DNA of 63,983 bases, the filler included, from Stramenopiles sp. TOSAG23-3 (taxonomy: Eukaryota): assembly GCA_900128585.1 (NCBI GenBank). It is 7 parts of 7 records of this genome, joined end to end, with 100 filler letters (N's around TTAATTAATTAA, not from the genome) between each part and the next. Parts side by side here need not be neighbours in the genome. Positions count along the whole stretch, not along the records: positions 1 to 14,482 come from LT642564.1; positions 14,583 to 29,062 come from LT642565.1; 5 more parts are not named here. The stretch is one strand, 5' to 3'. A model generated the notes under the pieces. It did not search any database. It saw only the letters and a list, made by a program, of their open reading frames with translations, and was not told the origin of the DNA. Made by a program: the position numbers and the translations under genes. Of this stretch, positions 10,501 to 20,700 are shown in pieces (the first letter of the stretch is position 1; each line of letters begins with the position of its first letter).

Positions 10501-11792
10501 TCACGGACGCGAATGAGGCGATGGGCGGAGAAGAAGAAGCAGAAAAGGCTTTGGTAAAAGAAAGTGAAAAAATTACCAGCCAAAAAGCAAATGGGGCTCC
10601 TCCAGACACCAAAAAATTGAAAAAATTACAGGGCAAATTCTCCGATGCAGTCAAAGCAAAAACCTGCTCGGACTTTCGTTTGATGTACCACCAGTACAAT
10701 TTGATGAAGCAAAAGGTGGCTACGTCGAAAAGTTTAAAGAACTGTTTTGTATGCTCCCGCTTCATACTTCTCAACAGGTTCGCCAGTGGCAGCCAAGGGG
10801 GGATGATGAAGGGGGAAAGCTTGTCGGAATACCCAAAGCAATACTTGAAGTACCCAGATTACTCCAAAAATGTCTGCGTTGGTGAAATGTTTTCAAAATC
10901 TAATTCAGATTCACTGAAAGTGGCAGAAGGCAGCTGTCCCAACGGCTTCAAAAAATTCATCGGGAAGAAACGGCTTTCATCCAAGAAAGGTGGTAGAGCA
11001 AAAGTGTTTCTAGAACTAGTCGCTGCAGCAACCGCGCACGCAGGGGATCGCCAGAGCAACCCATTGAGTGACATGTTGAGCGATTCCGGGGCTGCAGCCA
11101 AAGCCGATCCACTGGGAATGAAACGCATGGGGAAATCGTTAAACAATGCCAAGTTAGATTGTGGTGTAGGAAAAGTCAGCGCCAAAGATACGGTAAAACT
11201 CCAAAATCATATAGACTGCATAATGGAAAAGACAAATGGTATGTTTAAAAGTGACATGTCAAAATCGCAATGCAATCGCATCGTTAAAGGTGTCAAGACC
11301 AAGGTAATGATGAAGCTGAAATATTTGGCAGCATCTCTTGGCAGACCTTTGCCTGGCACAAACATGCCATTCCCAAAGCAAGTACAGCTGTACGACGAGT
11401 TGCGAGATTTAGCCGTCAACGCAAACGGGGAGGCAACAGAAAGTGTTATAGACGGGGGTGCGCTCGGATCGGCTGGCTTGTTGACATACAATTCGTTGTG
11501 CTGCGACTTGAAGATGTGCAGCTACAAAAATGCAAATTTTGTCCGCTCCTATTTTAGCAAGCAAGCTGCCGGTAATTGGCATTATGCGGGTTTGATGAAA
11601 GAAAGTGAGTTAGAGGGCCCATTCACTGAAAAGACCGTGCCGCTGGCGAGACCAGGGTTTGGTGAACTGGGTCCGACTGAAGTGAAGTCTTTCGAATCGG
11701 CCAATGTAGAATTTAAAAAGCTCACGCAGACGGATACACTAGCTGCTAGCGGCACAGACAAAGGTTCCGCCACAAAGAGTAAAACGAAATAA
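7575..11792 (+). CDS. Secreted MACPF/perforin-like protein with two C-terminal saposin-like Cys patterns
   Basis: Signal peptide; PG..LGNGFN..G; MACPF signature FGTHFIDKVTLGG (nt 8562); YIGGG; W.ES..LSPDVI..L.PLY.L; two CxxC...C...C...C-x5-C sets. Confidence 0.85.
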   Translation: MASRLSPALFALLVFLGVYLTVVAANGATRRKKKIHHKKSSGTTDLDKLETETMPLHQAQMLDSRAKLGASRLAATFLKRARVTEMRATKLMRKPFPPGMSQLGNGFNAFNGKVTQGVISINPELVHDGSQSPLYEKYNVPAAVYGDLLHEAGDEKSTVFYQEEQKLRQEMAHDMGLKNSEGFFTMFDEVQKYRPTFASNDYVVEVQKSMKEFEIGLNLDEYHAKEGIKLDTKRLNERESVDFEPDVRPKLLYNYKISPLLKRAVIEELPDCVFNPRSLVLDRDRQEDGVEQLYLPRMPAEEKHSGIAGEKVRMCNAEDTWKVAKFYHTFGTHFIDKVTLGGKAKQTFIVRGAAVDTEDIQTASFVSSLINKYNEHVGVHKNTGGKYDRDSPLITEIADAFSAKGKAISKSAGSTLFKANRASQERSETAQKIQSGNFPNPVQDEAKELESSRKQQGKPRRSLLASEEPAATPSKTFKKSFDHGLNAAPNPSDIESFLHSLGIQKVTMEYIGGGRFPIDGTNLMEDDYEVWEESTRLSPDVINSDLSPLYSLFKLKDFVVTNTVKRTAADIMLKNKKVSKVKALRRATKQWAGRKIFSFSYGRQLIRKEILMKNYLTYFRNKAHKYAFLMAKKENLLFQVQMHLNRMKKSISHYGNAILKLDPQAHQMAGNFIGTMNVWNKYISGLLDTNPKAASLMGDLVGPLVQYSSEIYHTRRLAASYCQLSAETFSRGLRLNGYGNLDSIKKNHHSMSEKKVLARANSTSSSEDAVPVDEIGQVPVLEEKEPLTEMRARNVEGQCNRRWKNKLTFHEKNYYAENSEFGSTIKKLFFEARDLSCMQCVSIVHNELDPQRDFTGSKEVAEEGIQSSVLAYCYSLPTKYLQTSCKITARSLRDTIAGESVFAPHDALDAKKQLSWFLEKLFARSSRFRVYSKPIDQFTGKETDRLETSNKVCGLYQGCEWLFNDDHEEIKGEKSLTDANEAMGGEEEAEKALVKESEKITSQKANGAPPDTKKLKKLQGKFSDAVKAKTCSDFRLMYHQYNLMKQKVATSKSLKNCFVCSRFILLNRFASGSQGGMMKGESLSEYPKQYLKYPDYSKNVCVGEMFSKSNSDSLKVAEGSCPNGFKKFIGKKRLSSKKGGRAKVFLELVAAATAHAGDRQSNPLSDMLSDSGAAAKADPLGMKRMGKSLNNAKLDCGVGKVSAKDTVKLQNHIDCIMEKTNGMFKSDMSKSQCNRIVKGVKTKVMMKLKYLAASLGRPLPGTNMPFPKQVQLYDELRDLAVNANGEATESVIDGGALGSAGLLTYNSLCCDLKMCSYKNANFVRSYFSKQAAGNWHYAGLMKESELEGPFTEKTVPLARPGFGELGPTEVKSFESANVEFKKLTQTDTLAASGTDKGSATKSKTK

Positions 11793-11871
11793 AAAGGTTC
11801 TCTTTTTTAAAAATATTCTTTTATGTGAGTTACTTTCCTCTCTCTCTCTCTACCTCCCTCTTTTCTTGGTC

Positions 11872-14481
11872 TCATTCATTTTTTGCGGTCCGGAAACTCT
11901 CCAACTGGCTTCTCATAGTTTCAATTGCCAAATTAACAACGATTCCATCTCGGTCTGCTTGGATGCGCCAAAATAGTTGTGCTAGAAATAAGGGCACATT
12001 CTTCCACTCATCGCTTAAATCTTTGTCCAAAGCTGCTGGCAGTTGCTCTTTGCTGCAAGTCAATATTATCGATGTGCAATCCAAACCATTCTGTACATCG
12101 ATGCAAACCATACCCTTTTCGTTTAAGCATTTCTTAACGGCAACAATGTGCCCGCCGCAAACCGTCGCGCAATCAATCGCGCCGTGGACGCCCGGGTGTT
12201 CCTCCCGTTTGTTCTTTGCGCGCCCATTCAGCACGATACTCAGGGTCTCGTCTTTTATATGACCCATTGTAATTTTACCTTCTAGAGATGATGCAAATGT
12301 TCGAAGACTGCCAATTGCTCTCGAAAATGTTGGGCGCAACCATTCCTCGCAAGTGGCAATAGACGATGATGAATGTACACGCCACTCGGTAGATAGGATT
12401 TTATGAACCTTGTCGTATCCAGCGACAGAAATGTTCAGCAAGGCACAAACCGTTCCTGAGCGGTACGAAGGGAGGTCTTGGGCCATGTCCATGGCCAGTC
12501 GCAGACTAAGCAAGACCCCAGATTCGTCGACAAAAAACAAGTATCGTTCATTCCCAGAGCAAGACTCACCTACCATTGCTGCGACGACATCAATACAATT
12601 CTGGCCGGCGTTCTTTTGGTTGCCCCCCTCATACTCAGCCACAATCGTTTTCAGCAACACACGACTGCGCATACTGGACGGAATACGAAACTGGGGGTCA
12701 ATAAATGGCAACTTTATTGGAGAGCATGAACTCCGTTTGTTAAAATTAAAAGCGAGGGGACTTGCACTCCCACGGTTCGAAAGACCGAAAAATCTCCATG
12801 CTGTTCCAGCCCCCATGCTCTCCCATTGATCGTGACTCGCCCCCCACATAGTTATGGACGCGCACGCGCCCGCCGTAGCACTTTTCCCCATGTTTTTTAC
12901 GTCAATAGCATCGATACGAAAGAATGTACTGACTTGCCGCTGAAGCGTTTCATTTTCTCCCTTCCCCATTAACTCATCTAATGCACGCCGCTCTGACATT
13001 TCTGATCGCAACTTTGTCGACCCATCTGCCTTTTTTTCCATGTACACCAACGCAAATCGTCTGACAACCACGACTTCAATGCAGCCGACAATGCTCCCAC
13101 TATCGTTTCCATCTATAGAGCGCAACCGTAACGGGAAAAAACTTTGTTTCTGAAAGCCTAGCTTGGCGCTCCAATTTGCTGTTCTGCATGCATTTTTAGA
13201 GAGGCTGAGCTTGGGCTGGTGCGCGCTCATTCGTTCCCGTTCGTCGTCGCAGCTTACCAAATTGCAAAGGCATTCCAACGGATTCACGCCGCGCCCGCCA
13301 CCGTTGTTGCCGTACGACACATCTGCTTGTTGTATGCACAACTTCATTCCAATGAATATCTTTCCCTCTTTTACCAACCCAACCATACCGTGATCAAACG
13401 CAACTTCGATGGCATACCATCCGTCGGTAACTTCACCAGACACGCTTTTCCCGTCCATTGATTCTTTAATGTTGGAAACGCACAGAACCATAAACCGCGA
13501 TGGTGACGCGTCTCCTTCTAATATCGTGGCGAGAGCCGATCTCCGGCATTCAATGAATTCACGCTGGTATCGAAACTTTAGTTGCCGCAAAACGCTTTTC
13601 GGCGAGAGCCATTTTCCCTTGCAAAAATCTGGGAACCTTCGCTCCATGGCCGCAAGTTTCCATATTATCCATCGGTAATGGTTTGCAACCCATGCCCCGG
13701 TGCACCGATATTTGTCAATTACCGCCCCGTCATTGGTAAACCGAGAAGTAACCATACGCGCATGAAAGTCCCTCCAAGTCAAAGGATCGTCGAATTCTGA
13801 AACGAACGTGAACCCGATTGCATTCTGGCTGGTGACCTCTGGCGCTTTTTTGTTCGTAATGGTCCCATCGGTGTTTTCTAAACGATCCATCTCAACTAAT
13901 TTTAGCCGCGACGCAGGCGGTGGTAGCACGCGCGTATCATTCACTTTTTGCCTCTTTGCGCTTTCCTTTTTTTGATGCGACGGGAGCACTTTCCCAGGCA
14001 ACAAGCGTGGAGTGACAAAACCTTGAGATCGTCGCTTTCTACCCGTGCTCGGCCTGCTGATGTGACCATTTCCTGATACTTTGGAAGGGGCGGTAAAACG
14101 GGGCGTGACAAAGGTTTTGCCTGATAACCGTGCTGGGGTTTTTTTCTCCTCCCGCTTATGTTGGAAGTTGTCCTGTACAAAAATTTCCTTCGCTCTAGAC
14201 AAGGCGGCTTCAGAAATCGCAATTTTTTGACCAGAGACCGTCGAAAACCCGCTGGACACAGATCCGGCAGGGTTGGAGCTCTTGTCCTCGGTGGTGAGCA
14301 TGTTGGCGGCCTTCTCCAGGCTTTCCTTCGACACTGCAATTGGTTTTCCGCTGACGGTTGAGAAAAATGAGCTGCTCGACGCTGTAGGTTTTGAGCTCTT
14401 GCTCGCATCGCCGGTCAAAATATTGGCGGCCTTCTCCAGGCTTTCGTTCGACACTGCAATTGGTTTTCCGCTGACGGTTGA
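11872..14481 (-). CDS. BRCA2: BRCA2 homologue, 5'-truncated by contig end
   Basis: BRC repeats FSTVSGKPIAVS..SLEKA; helical domain WVANHYRWIIWKLAAMER, QLKFRYQRE; OB1 EVTDGWY; frame open to contig end. Confidence 0.93.
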   Translation of the reverse strand, partial: STVSGKPIAVSNESLEKAANILTGDASKSSKPTASSSSFFSTVSGKPIAVSKESLEKAANMLTTEDKSSNPAGSVSSGFSTVSGQKIAISEAALSRAKEIFVQDNFQHKREEKKTPARLSGKTFVTPRFTAPSKVSGNGHISRPSTGRKRRSQGFVTPRLLPGKVLPSHQKKESAKRQKVNDTRVLPPPASRLKLVEMDRLENTDGTITNKKAPEVTSQNAIGFTFVSEFDDPLTWRDFHARMVTSRFTNDGAVIDKYRCTGAWVANHYRWIIWKLAAMERRFPDFCKGKWLSPKSVLRQLKFRYQREFIECRRSALATILEGDASPSRFMVLCVSNIKESMDGKSVSGEVTDGWYAIEVAFDHGMVGLVKEGKIFIGMKLCIQQADVSYGNNGGGRGVNPLECLCNLVSCDDERERMSAHQPKLSLSKNACRTANWSAKLGFQKQSFFPLRLRSIDGNDSGSIVGCIEVVVVRRFALVYMEKKADGSTKLRSEMSERRALDELMGKGENETLQRQVSTFFRIDAIDVKNMGKSATAGACASITMWGASHDQWESMGAGTAWRFFGLSNRGSASPLAFNFNKRSSCSPIKLPFIDPQFRIPSSMRSRVLLKTIVAEYEGGNQKNAGQNCIDVVAAMVGESCSGNERYLFFVDESGVLLSLRLAMDMAQDLPSYRSGTVCALLNISVAGYDKVHKILSTEWRVHSSSSIATCEEWLRPTFSRAIGSLRTFASSLEGKITMGHIKDETLSIVLNGRAKNKREEHPGVHGAIDCATVCGGHIVAVKKCLNEKGMVCIDVQNGLDCTSIILTCSKEQLPAALDKDLSDEWKNVPLFLAQLFWRIQADRDGIVVNLAIETMRSQLESFRTAKNE

Positions 14482-14482
14482 G
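14303..14482 (-). repeat. Near-identical BRC-coding DNA repeats, 120-nt period
   Basis: 14303-14362 and 14423-14482 differ at only a couple of positions. Confidence 0.9.
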
Positions 14483-14582
14483 NNNNNNNNNNNNNNNNNN
14501 NNNNNNNNNNNNNNNNNNNNNNNNNNTTAATTAATTAANNNNNNNNNNNNNNNNNNNNNNNNNNNNNNNNNNNNNNNNNNNN
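14483..14582. other. Artificial contig linker (N44-TTAATTAATTAA-N44)
   Basis: Six-frame-stop linker flanked by Ns; the same linker recurs five more times. Confidence 0.98.
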
Positions 14583-14820
14583 GTTATTTAAGTAATTAAA
14601 TTTAGCTTCGTCGTACCCTAATCCTAACCTGGATATGTAATAAACATACTATATCATTAGGTTTTTTTTTCCATGAGAATGCCGATTTTTGTTAGAAAAA
14701 AGAAGATGACATGAAGGAAAAATGTAAACCTCTAATGGACAAATACTGAGTAGATTCATTTTTCGCGGTATATGAGGAAGCTAAATTTTAATTACTTTTA
14801 GCGAATCGGAGGAGGCGCAA
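14583..14820. repeat. Copies of dispersed repeat family, both orientations
   Basis: gttatttaagtaattaaatttagcttc at 14583 and gtaaacctctaatggacaaa..agattcatttttcgcggtatatgaggaagctaaattttaattac at about 14724-14795. Confidence 0.8.
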
Positions 14821-14840
14821 TTTTCCGTTTCCAAAGGTCA

Positions 14841-16895
14841 TCATACCGATTCACACAAATACTCCTGTGTGGACAGTACTTTGCTGGCAAACCGGCGAAC
14901 AGTGGCGATTGCCGCATCGTGCCGCTCCGATGTCCCTGCCAAGCAAGCATCTTCAACAACTGTGCAATCGTACCCTAAATCACACGCAGCTTTGACCGTC
15001 CCCGCGACACATTCGTCGGTCAACACCCCGCAGCAGACCAACTTGGACACGTTCATATTTGACAAGACATAGTGTAAGTTCGTGGTTACGAAGGCGTTGC
15101 TTCCTGTTTTGTTAAATACCATTTCGTCGCCGGCAGGGCCAACGCCGTCCATGAAAGACCCTTGCGAAGCGTTGGCAGTCGGGGGGACATGAATGTTCAT
15201 CCGTTTGTGCAATTTGGACCGGTCCCTACCGTCGTGTGTCATCGACATGATACGGCAATGCACCACTTCCATCGTCGCGGGATTCGACCGTGCATGTTGC
15301 TGAAGCTGGACGACGTTGCCCAACAGCTGCGGAAGGTTTTTTTTCCAGTCCTGCAAGTCTTGATCGCTGAAATCGACTTCGGAACGTTCCGACGTTGGCT
15401 CCATATTTTGCAAATCAATGCAAAGCAGCACTATCTGGTCAGTGGAATTGCACTCGTCACCCGATACCTTCTGCTTTTTACTTATCTCGCTCTCCCCCGC
15501 TGGCGCCCTTCGTCGACCCCGTTCGTCATCGTCATCGACGACTCCTTTCGTCGCCATTTCGATCATTGTGTTCAGCAACACATTTGCACCCGCCACTAGG
15601 TCCTCAAAGTCCGTGTGCTCCGAGTGGTGGTGGGAAATTCCGTTCACACTGGGGACAAATATCATTCCCATGGGACCTATGGCCGCAATTTGTTGCGCGT
15701 CGTGGGCGGCGCCCGAAGGCATCAGCCGTGGTGCCGGCTTATTATTCTTGGCACATTCAATTTTCCCATAACGCATAATGATGTCTTGTATGCCGTTGCT
15801 CGCGGGCACGGGCGGCATGTTAGACATGGTGCGATAATTAAATGCCAGGTTGCAGTCCCGCGCAATGCGCTTCAAGGCATGCAACGCATGCTCGGACATG
15901 GCCCTGATAACCGCCGGGTCCTCGTCTCGAAGCTCCACGGTGAAAGTTGCTTTTCCCGGGACCACGTTTGGGCAGTTGGGTACCAGATTCACTGTACCTA
16001 TCGTGCATACCGTGGTTTCTTTCCCGTGCGCTTTTAGGAGGGGTTTGATCATCATTTGCATTCTTGCGCAGCCTTCAAATGCATTTTGGCGCATGTGCAT
16101 TGGCGTCGTGCCTGCATGGTTCGCTTGCCCATCGTATGTGGCTTCGATCTTCCATAAGCCGCAGATCCCGGTGACCACGCCAATTTGTTCCCTTTCCTTT
16201 GCTCCATCCAGAACCGGGCCTTGTTCAATGTGCAGTTCCACATACCCGACAATGCTACCCTGATCGTATCGAGCCTCAAGACACTTCTCGCAGTATTCTT
16301 CCTTCTTCATAGGGGCGGACGGCGGCGCCCCTTTCTCTTTGACCTTCTTCAGAAGCTCGCCCACCCCTTCGCCCGAGTCTGCAGATTGCATCTTCGCAAT
16401 TTGCTCTGCTTCTGTGAACTTCCCTGCGACGCACATAGACCCGAGCATTCCACCGAACCGGCCTTCTTCGTCCGTAAAATCGATGACTTCCAGCGGGTAC
16501 TTTAAAACGACCGTTCCCTGTTCGACAAGCTCTTTTATCCGTACAATACACTCTATCCCGGCCAGAACCCCGAGCGCGCCGTCCAATCGACCTCCTGCTA
16601 TAACAGTATCGTGGTGCGAGCCAGTGACGACGTACGGATTTTCAGGACTTGGCGCGGCGACCTTGCCGCCACCGTCCACCGGGAGCACTCCATGAATGTT
16701 CAGGGCCTCGTCCTCATACACGGTAATCCCCCAAGCTTTCATCTGCCCTTTCAACCAGTCTCTGCCTACCATATCATCATCAGACAACGCAAGACGGAAC
16801 AAACCTGGCCCCTTTTCAGGTTTCAAACCAATTTTAGAACTAGTATCCAAGAGCGTTTTGAAACGCCCCTGATTGATCAAGTGGAAGGAAGTCAT
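14841..16895 (-). CDS. Fusion: M20 N-carbamoyl-amino-acid/allantoate amidohydrolase + isochorismatase-like cysteine hydrolase
   Basis: GSHHDTV, DGALGV, DEEGRF, ELHIEQGP, NHAGTTPM, SGAAHDA; then IDLQN, FNKTGSNAF, TDECV (D-K-C triad). Start may instead be ATG 16967. Confidence 0.88.
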   Translation of the reverse strand: MTSFHLINQGRFKTLLDTSSKIGLKPEKGPGLFRLALSDDDMVGRDWLKGQMKAWGITVYEDEALNIHGVLPVDGGGKVAAPSPENPYVVTGSHHDTVIAGGRLDGALGVLAGIECIVRIKELVEQGTVVLKYPLEVIDFTDEEGRFGGMLGSMCVAGKFTEAEQIAKMQSADSGEGVGELLKKVKEKGAPPSAPMKKEEYCEKCLEARYDQGSIVGYVELHIEQGPVLDGAKEREQIGVVTGICGLWKIEATYDGQANHAGTTPMHMRQNAFEGCARMQMMIKPLLKAHGKETTVCTIGTVNLVPNCPNVVPGKATFTVELRDEDPAVIRAMSEHALHALKRIARDCNLAFNYRTMSNMPPVPASNGIQDIIMRYGKIECAKNNKPAPRLMPSGAAHDAQQIAAIGPMGMIFVPSVNGISHHHSEHTDFEDLVAGANVLLNTMIEMATKGVVDDDDERGRRRAPAGESEISKKQKVSGDECNSTDQIVLLCIDLQNMEPTSERSEVDFSDQDLQDWKKNLPQLLGNVVQLQQHARSNPATMEVVHCRIMSMTHDGRDRSKLHKRMNIHVPPTANASQGSFMDGVGPAGDEMVFNKTGSNAFVTTNLHYVLSNMNVSKLVCCGVLTDECVAGTVKAACDLGYDCTVVEDACLAGTSERHDAAIATVRRFASKVLSTQEYLCESV

Positions 16896-17714
16896 GTTGA
16901 TGCAATGTATTACCAAGTGCACGCCACGCGCGGGTATATTAATCGAATTTTCAAACAAAATAATCATACATATTTCTCTGTTCGAATATTAGAGGTGGCA
17001 AACACGAGGTATGAATCAAGGTCCATCAGAACCACGTTAACCATGAGTCCAATGAGCCATTAGGAGAAGATATAAAAATACTTAATAATAAATAATATAC
17101 TACCACCAACCACACCACCTTCCTCTCCTCCTCTCCTCCTCCTCCCAAACAAAAAAAGATTTTTTTTGAGAAGATAAAGAATGAATAAAGACTGACTCTC
17201 GCTCTGATGAAGATACTCTTCGCAGGTATTATTGTACAAATCGTAACAGATCACAGCAGGATCCAATTGCTTAAATTTATAATTTGGGTCTTTTTATTTT
17301 TTCATTCACTTGCACTGTACTATATAGGTATACTAAATATATATTACCTATAATTAATTGATCTCTCTTCCGGCGGCGGCGGCGGCGGCGGCAGTTATTT
17401 TTTTTTTAATAATAATAAAATAATAATTAAAATATAAAAAATTGTTGTGTTTTATAATCCAGATGTGAATTATGAAAAATTGTGAATTGTGATTACATAT
17501 GTACATATACGTTCGTAAAGAGATAGATTTATATACTTTTAATTAGCGTTTTGGGAGAGAGGTCTTTTGTGCTTGTTTGATGTGTTGAATTTAAGTTAGC
17601 CACTGCTGGTTTGTTTGCAGCGTTAGTAGTATATTTATATAGTGAGCAGTGGTAATAGGTAGCGGTGCGAACTTGTACCCGCCTCTTTCCTTCCTTTGCT
17701 GAGTATCCCGTGGA

Positions 17715-20700
17715 ATGGATTCGGGGGAGCGTTTGGGCTCGAACGATGGAACATTTTCGCATTCAGAAATAGTGGTTCCGTTGACACGGTATTCTAGTAG
17801 TAGTGAGGGGTATGAGTCTTTGCAGGGCCTTGGCACGGAAAGGGGTGGGGAAAGTTCGGCGTCCCGCGAGTCACCCAGCGTCCTTGGCGTGGGTTTCGAC
17901 AGCCGCTCAACGTTTCGGACGGTGAATTCGCCGTCGTCCGCAGGGCAGAGCAGGGGGTACAGGAGCGGCGGCGATTACCATCCCCAGGATTTTCACCTTA
18001 ACGAATTGACAACCCCAAGGTACCCAGAGAACGAGCACGATCCCCTGTGGCTAGCTTCCAAGCACGTGGAAAGTTGGATGGAGTCGTTTGAGAATGAGCA
18101 GGCACAAAGCGGTTCGCTGGTGGCGTACCTGCACAAGAAGCTCCAGGAGGCGCTTCGCTCGTCTGACAAGCTGGGCAACCCGAATGAATTTCGAACGGCG
18201 GTGTGCTGCCATCTTTTGGACGTAATATGCCGGACGTTCGGTCGGTACAGCGACCTGATTGACCAGCTAAAGATGGAAGTCTACGCCTCGATTTACATCG
18301 ATAAGGACGAGCTGTTCAAACAGTTGGGTATGATAGACCAGCCAACTGCAAGAACGTTCATTCAGTTTCAACCTTATTTCAGAAAGGTAGAGCGTTTATT
18401 GGTGAAAAAGGAGCAACTGGAAGACGAGGTAGCGAAAGCAACGCGCCAGAGGAACAGAATGAAAGAGGAGCTGAACAAGAAGCAAAAAGTTCTCGACGCG
18501 ACGGCCCAGCGGTGGCAAAAAACGTTGGTCGAGCAGTGCTTCCGCACATGGCTGAAGACCTTGAGGGCGAGGAAGCAGCAGCGCGAGATGCTTTACAAAT
18601 ATTTCGTTAGTAAGGACAAGTCAAGGCTTGCGCTCGCAATACGGGAGTGGCGGCTATTTGTACACACCAGGAAACGCCAGCGGGCGAACGAGGACTTGAC
18701 CGATGCCCGGGACAAGGTCATGACAATGGAAAATGAGCGGGCCGCCCTGGAGAGGGACCGGGACGTGGCAAACGAGAAAATTGCCGATCTCAAGGAAGAG
18801 TTGGAGAAAGCAAGGACGGAATTAGCAGAGCTGGACGACGACGCGGTGCGCGTTCAGCGCGAACTGTCGGAAAGCAAAGAGGATGAGTTGGTTGCAGCGG
18901 CACGCGCGTGGGCTGAGATGTGCGACACGGCATGCATGGCCCAGATGAAAGCGCTGCGGCACAAATTGGACGCCCTCGACGAAGACCCGTTTTACGCCGA
19001 CGTGACCCTTCTCGCAAACGCCCCGATCGTGCTGGACAAGCACGGCACGGAGAAACGGATAGCGACGATTCCGCCCCACCCCATTCCGTCCGAAATAGAG
19101 GATCTGGAGCAGAAAGGGGTCGACTGGAAGAACGATCGGCAAGCGACGGTGGTGAACATGCCCGTAGACATACTGTTGCTGCGGTGGTGCAATTTCCATT
19201 TGAAGCGGGAGAAATACCCGAAAATTGTGGAGAACTTTGGGAGCGACATGGAAGATTCCGAAGAATTGGCAGTGATCCTGGCGGCCTGCTCCCGCGCGTT
19301 GACATCCCCGTGTCGCGATCAGCCGTTGAGCAAGAAACTGCAGAACTTCGACATCGAAGCCCGGGCAGAAGAGATTGTACAGCGAGTGGCTAAACTCGGG
19401 GCCCCTTCCCTGATAGAATCGGACGACATTGTCTTCAAAGAGTCGGACTCGATTCTTTCATTGATCGCCTACCTCTTTTGCAACTACCCAGAGCTGCAGC
19501 CGGACCCAAAGCCTTGGGTCATTGCTAGTGACGCGCTCGACAGGGCCATTGCAGCGTGGTTGAAGTTGAAAGAACAGTGGATGCAGGCCCCGGTCCCTCC
19601 AGCGCCGCTTCCCGGGAAGAAAGCCTCAGACCTAAAGAAAATTACCCCGGTAGACGAATCGGACATAAAGAAAGTTGGGCAGCAAGTGATGGCTGCGTGC
19701 ACGGCCGCCAAGAACGCCATTGCTCGCCATGATCGCGCCACCCTCCTCTACGAAAGGGTGCGCCTCAGGGTCAGGAATTTTGGTTGGGAAGCCATGAACA
19801 AGAGGGCGGAGGGTACACCGATAACAATACTGGACAGGAGAGACTACCGTGAACGGCAGGCATTCACGTCGTTGCGAGTGGATCAAAACTCAAAGCGTGC
19901 GAACAAGACCGGATCGATGTGGGCACGGTTTAAACTCGAGGCAGACCCCGTCGGCGAGATAAAATCGATCGAGACCTTGCTCAACGAATATTTTGACGAT
20001 TTAAAGCGCATATATCGGCACTACAGCAGCAGTAAGCCAGGGTCCTCCGGGACGATCGATCTTGCGGAGTTCGGGATGCTTATGCATGACATTAAGCTTT
20101 CCAGCAGAATATTCAAAAGTAGCGTGCTTGAAAACATTTTTCGTTTGACGAACAAGACGAGCGCTTCGTCCAAAAAGTTCGACGCCGAGCTGGACGCGTC
20201 GGAGTTTATCGAGGCCCTGCTTCGCGTGGCCAGCATGAAATTCTTCAAGACATCGTATGCAAATGTTGCAGACGATGTCCCCGCAAACGCGCTCACATAC
20301 ACCCAATTGTTTCGGAAGTTTATGGAAGAGAATGTAATTCCGTTTGCCTGCCGCTCCGACGCCGAACGGTTCCGAAAAGACTTGCGATCGGACGTCGTCA
20401 AAGTAGTGTTTCGAAAGCACAGGGGTGCTTTGCAAAAAATATTCCAAAGATATAGCAAAGGAGACGGGGCAATGGACAGCAAAGAATTCCTGAAGTTTGT
20501 CAGGGACCGGCAGCTGATTAACAATTCACTTTCAGAAACAGAATTGTTCCAGGTTTTCGCAAAGGTCCAGGACGACGAGGGCGCGTTCCACTCCAGTGTT
20601 GGGGCGTTGGGGCTGGACGAGCACGGCCACGACGACGGGATAAAGGGGTTTAAATTGTCGTCGAAACTAGGAAAGCTTGACGTTGAACTAACGTACCCGG

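Noticed and set aside
14527-14538. TTAATTAATTAA palindrome recurring six times
   Set aside because: Synthetic six-frame-stop linker inside N runs, not biological.
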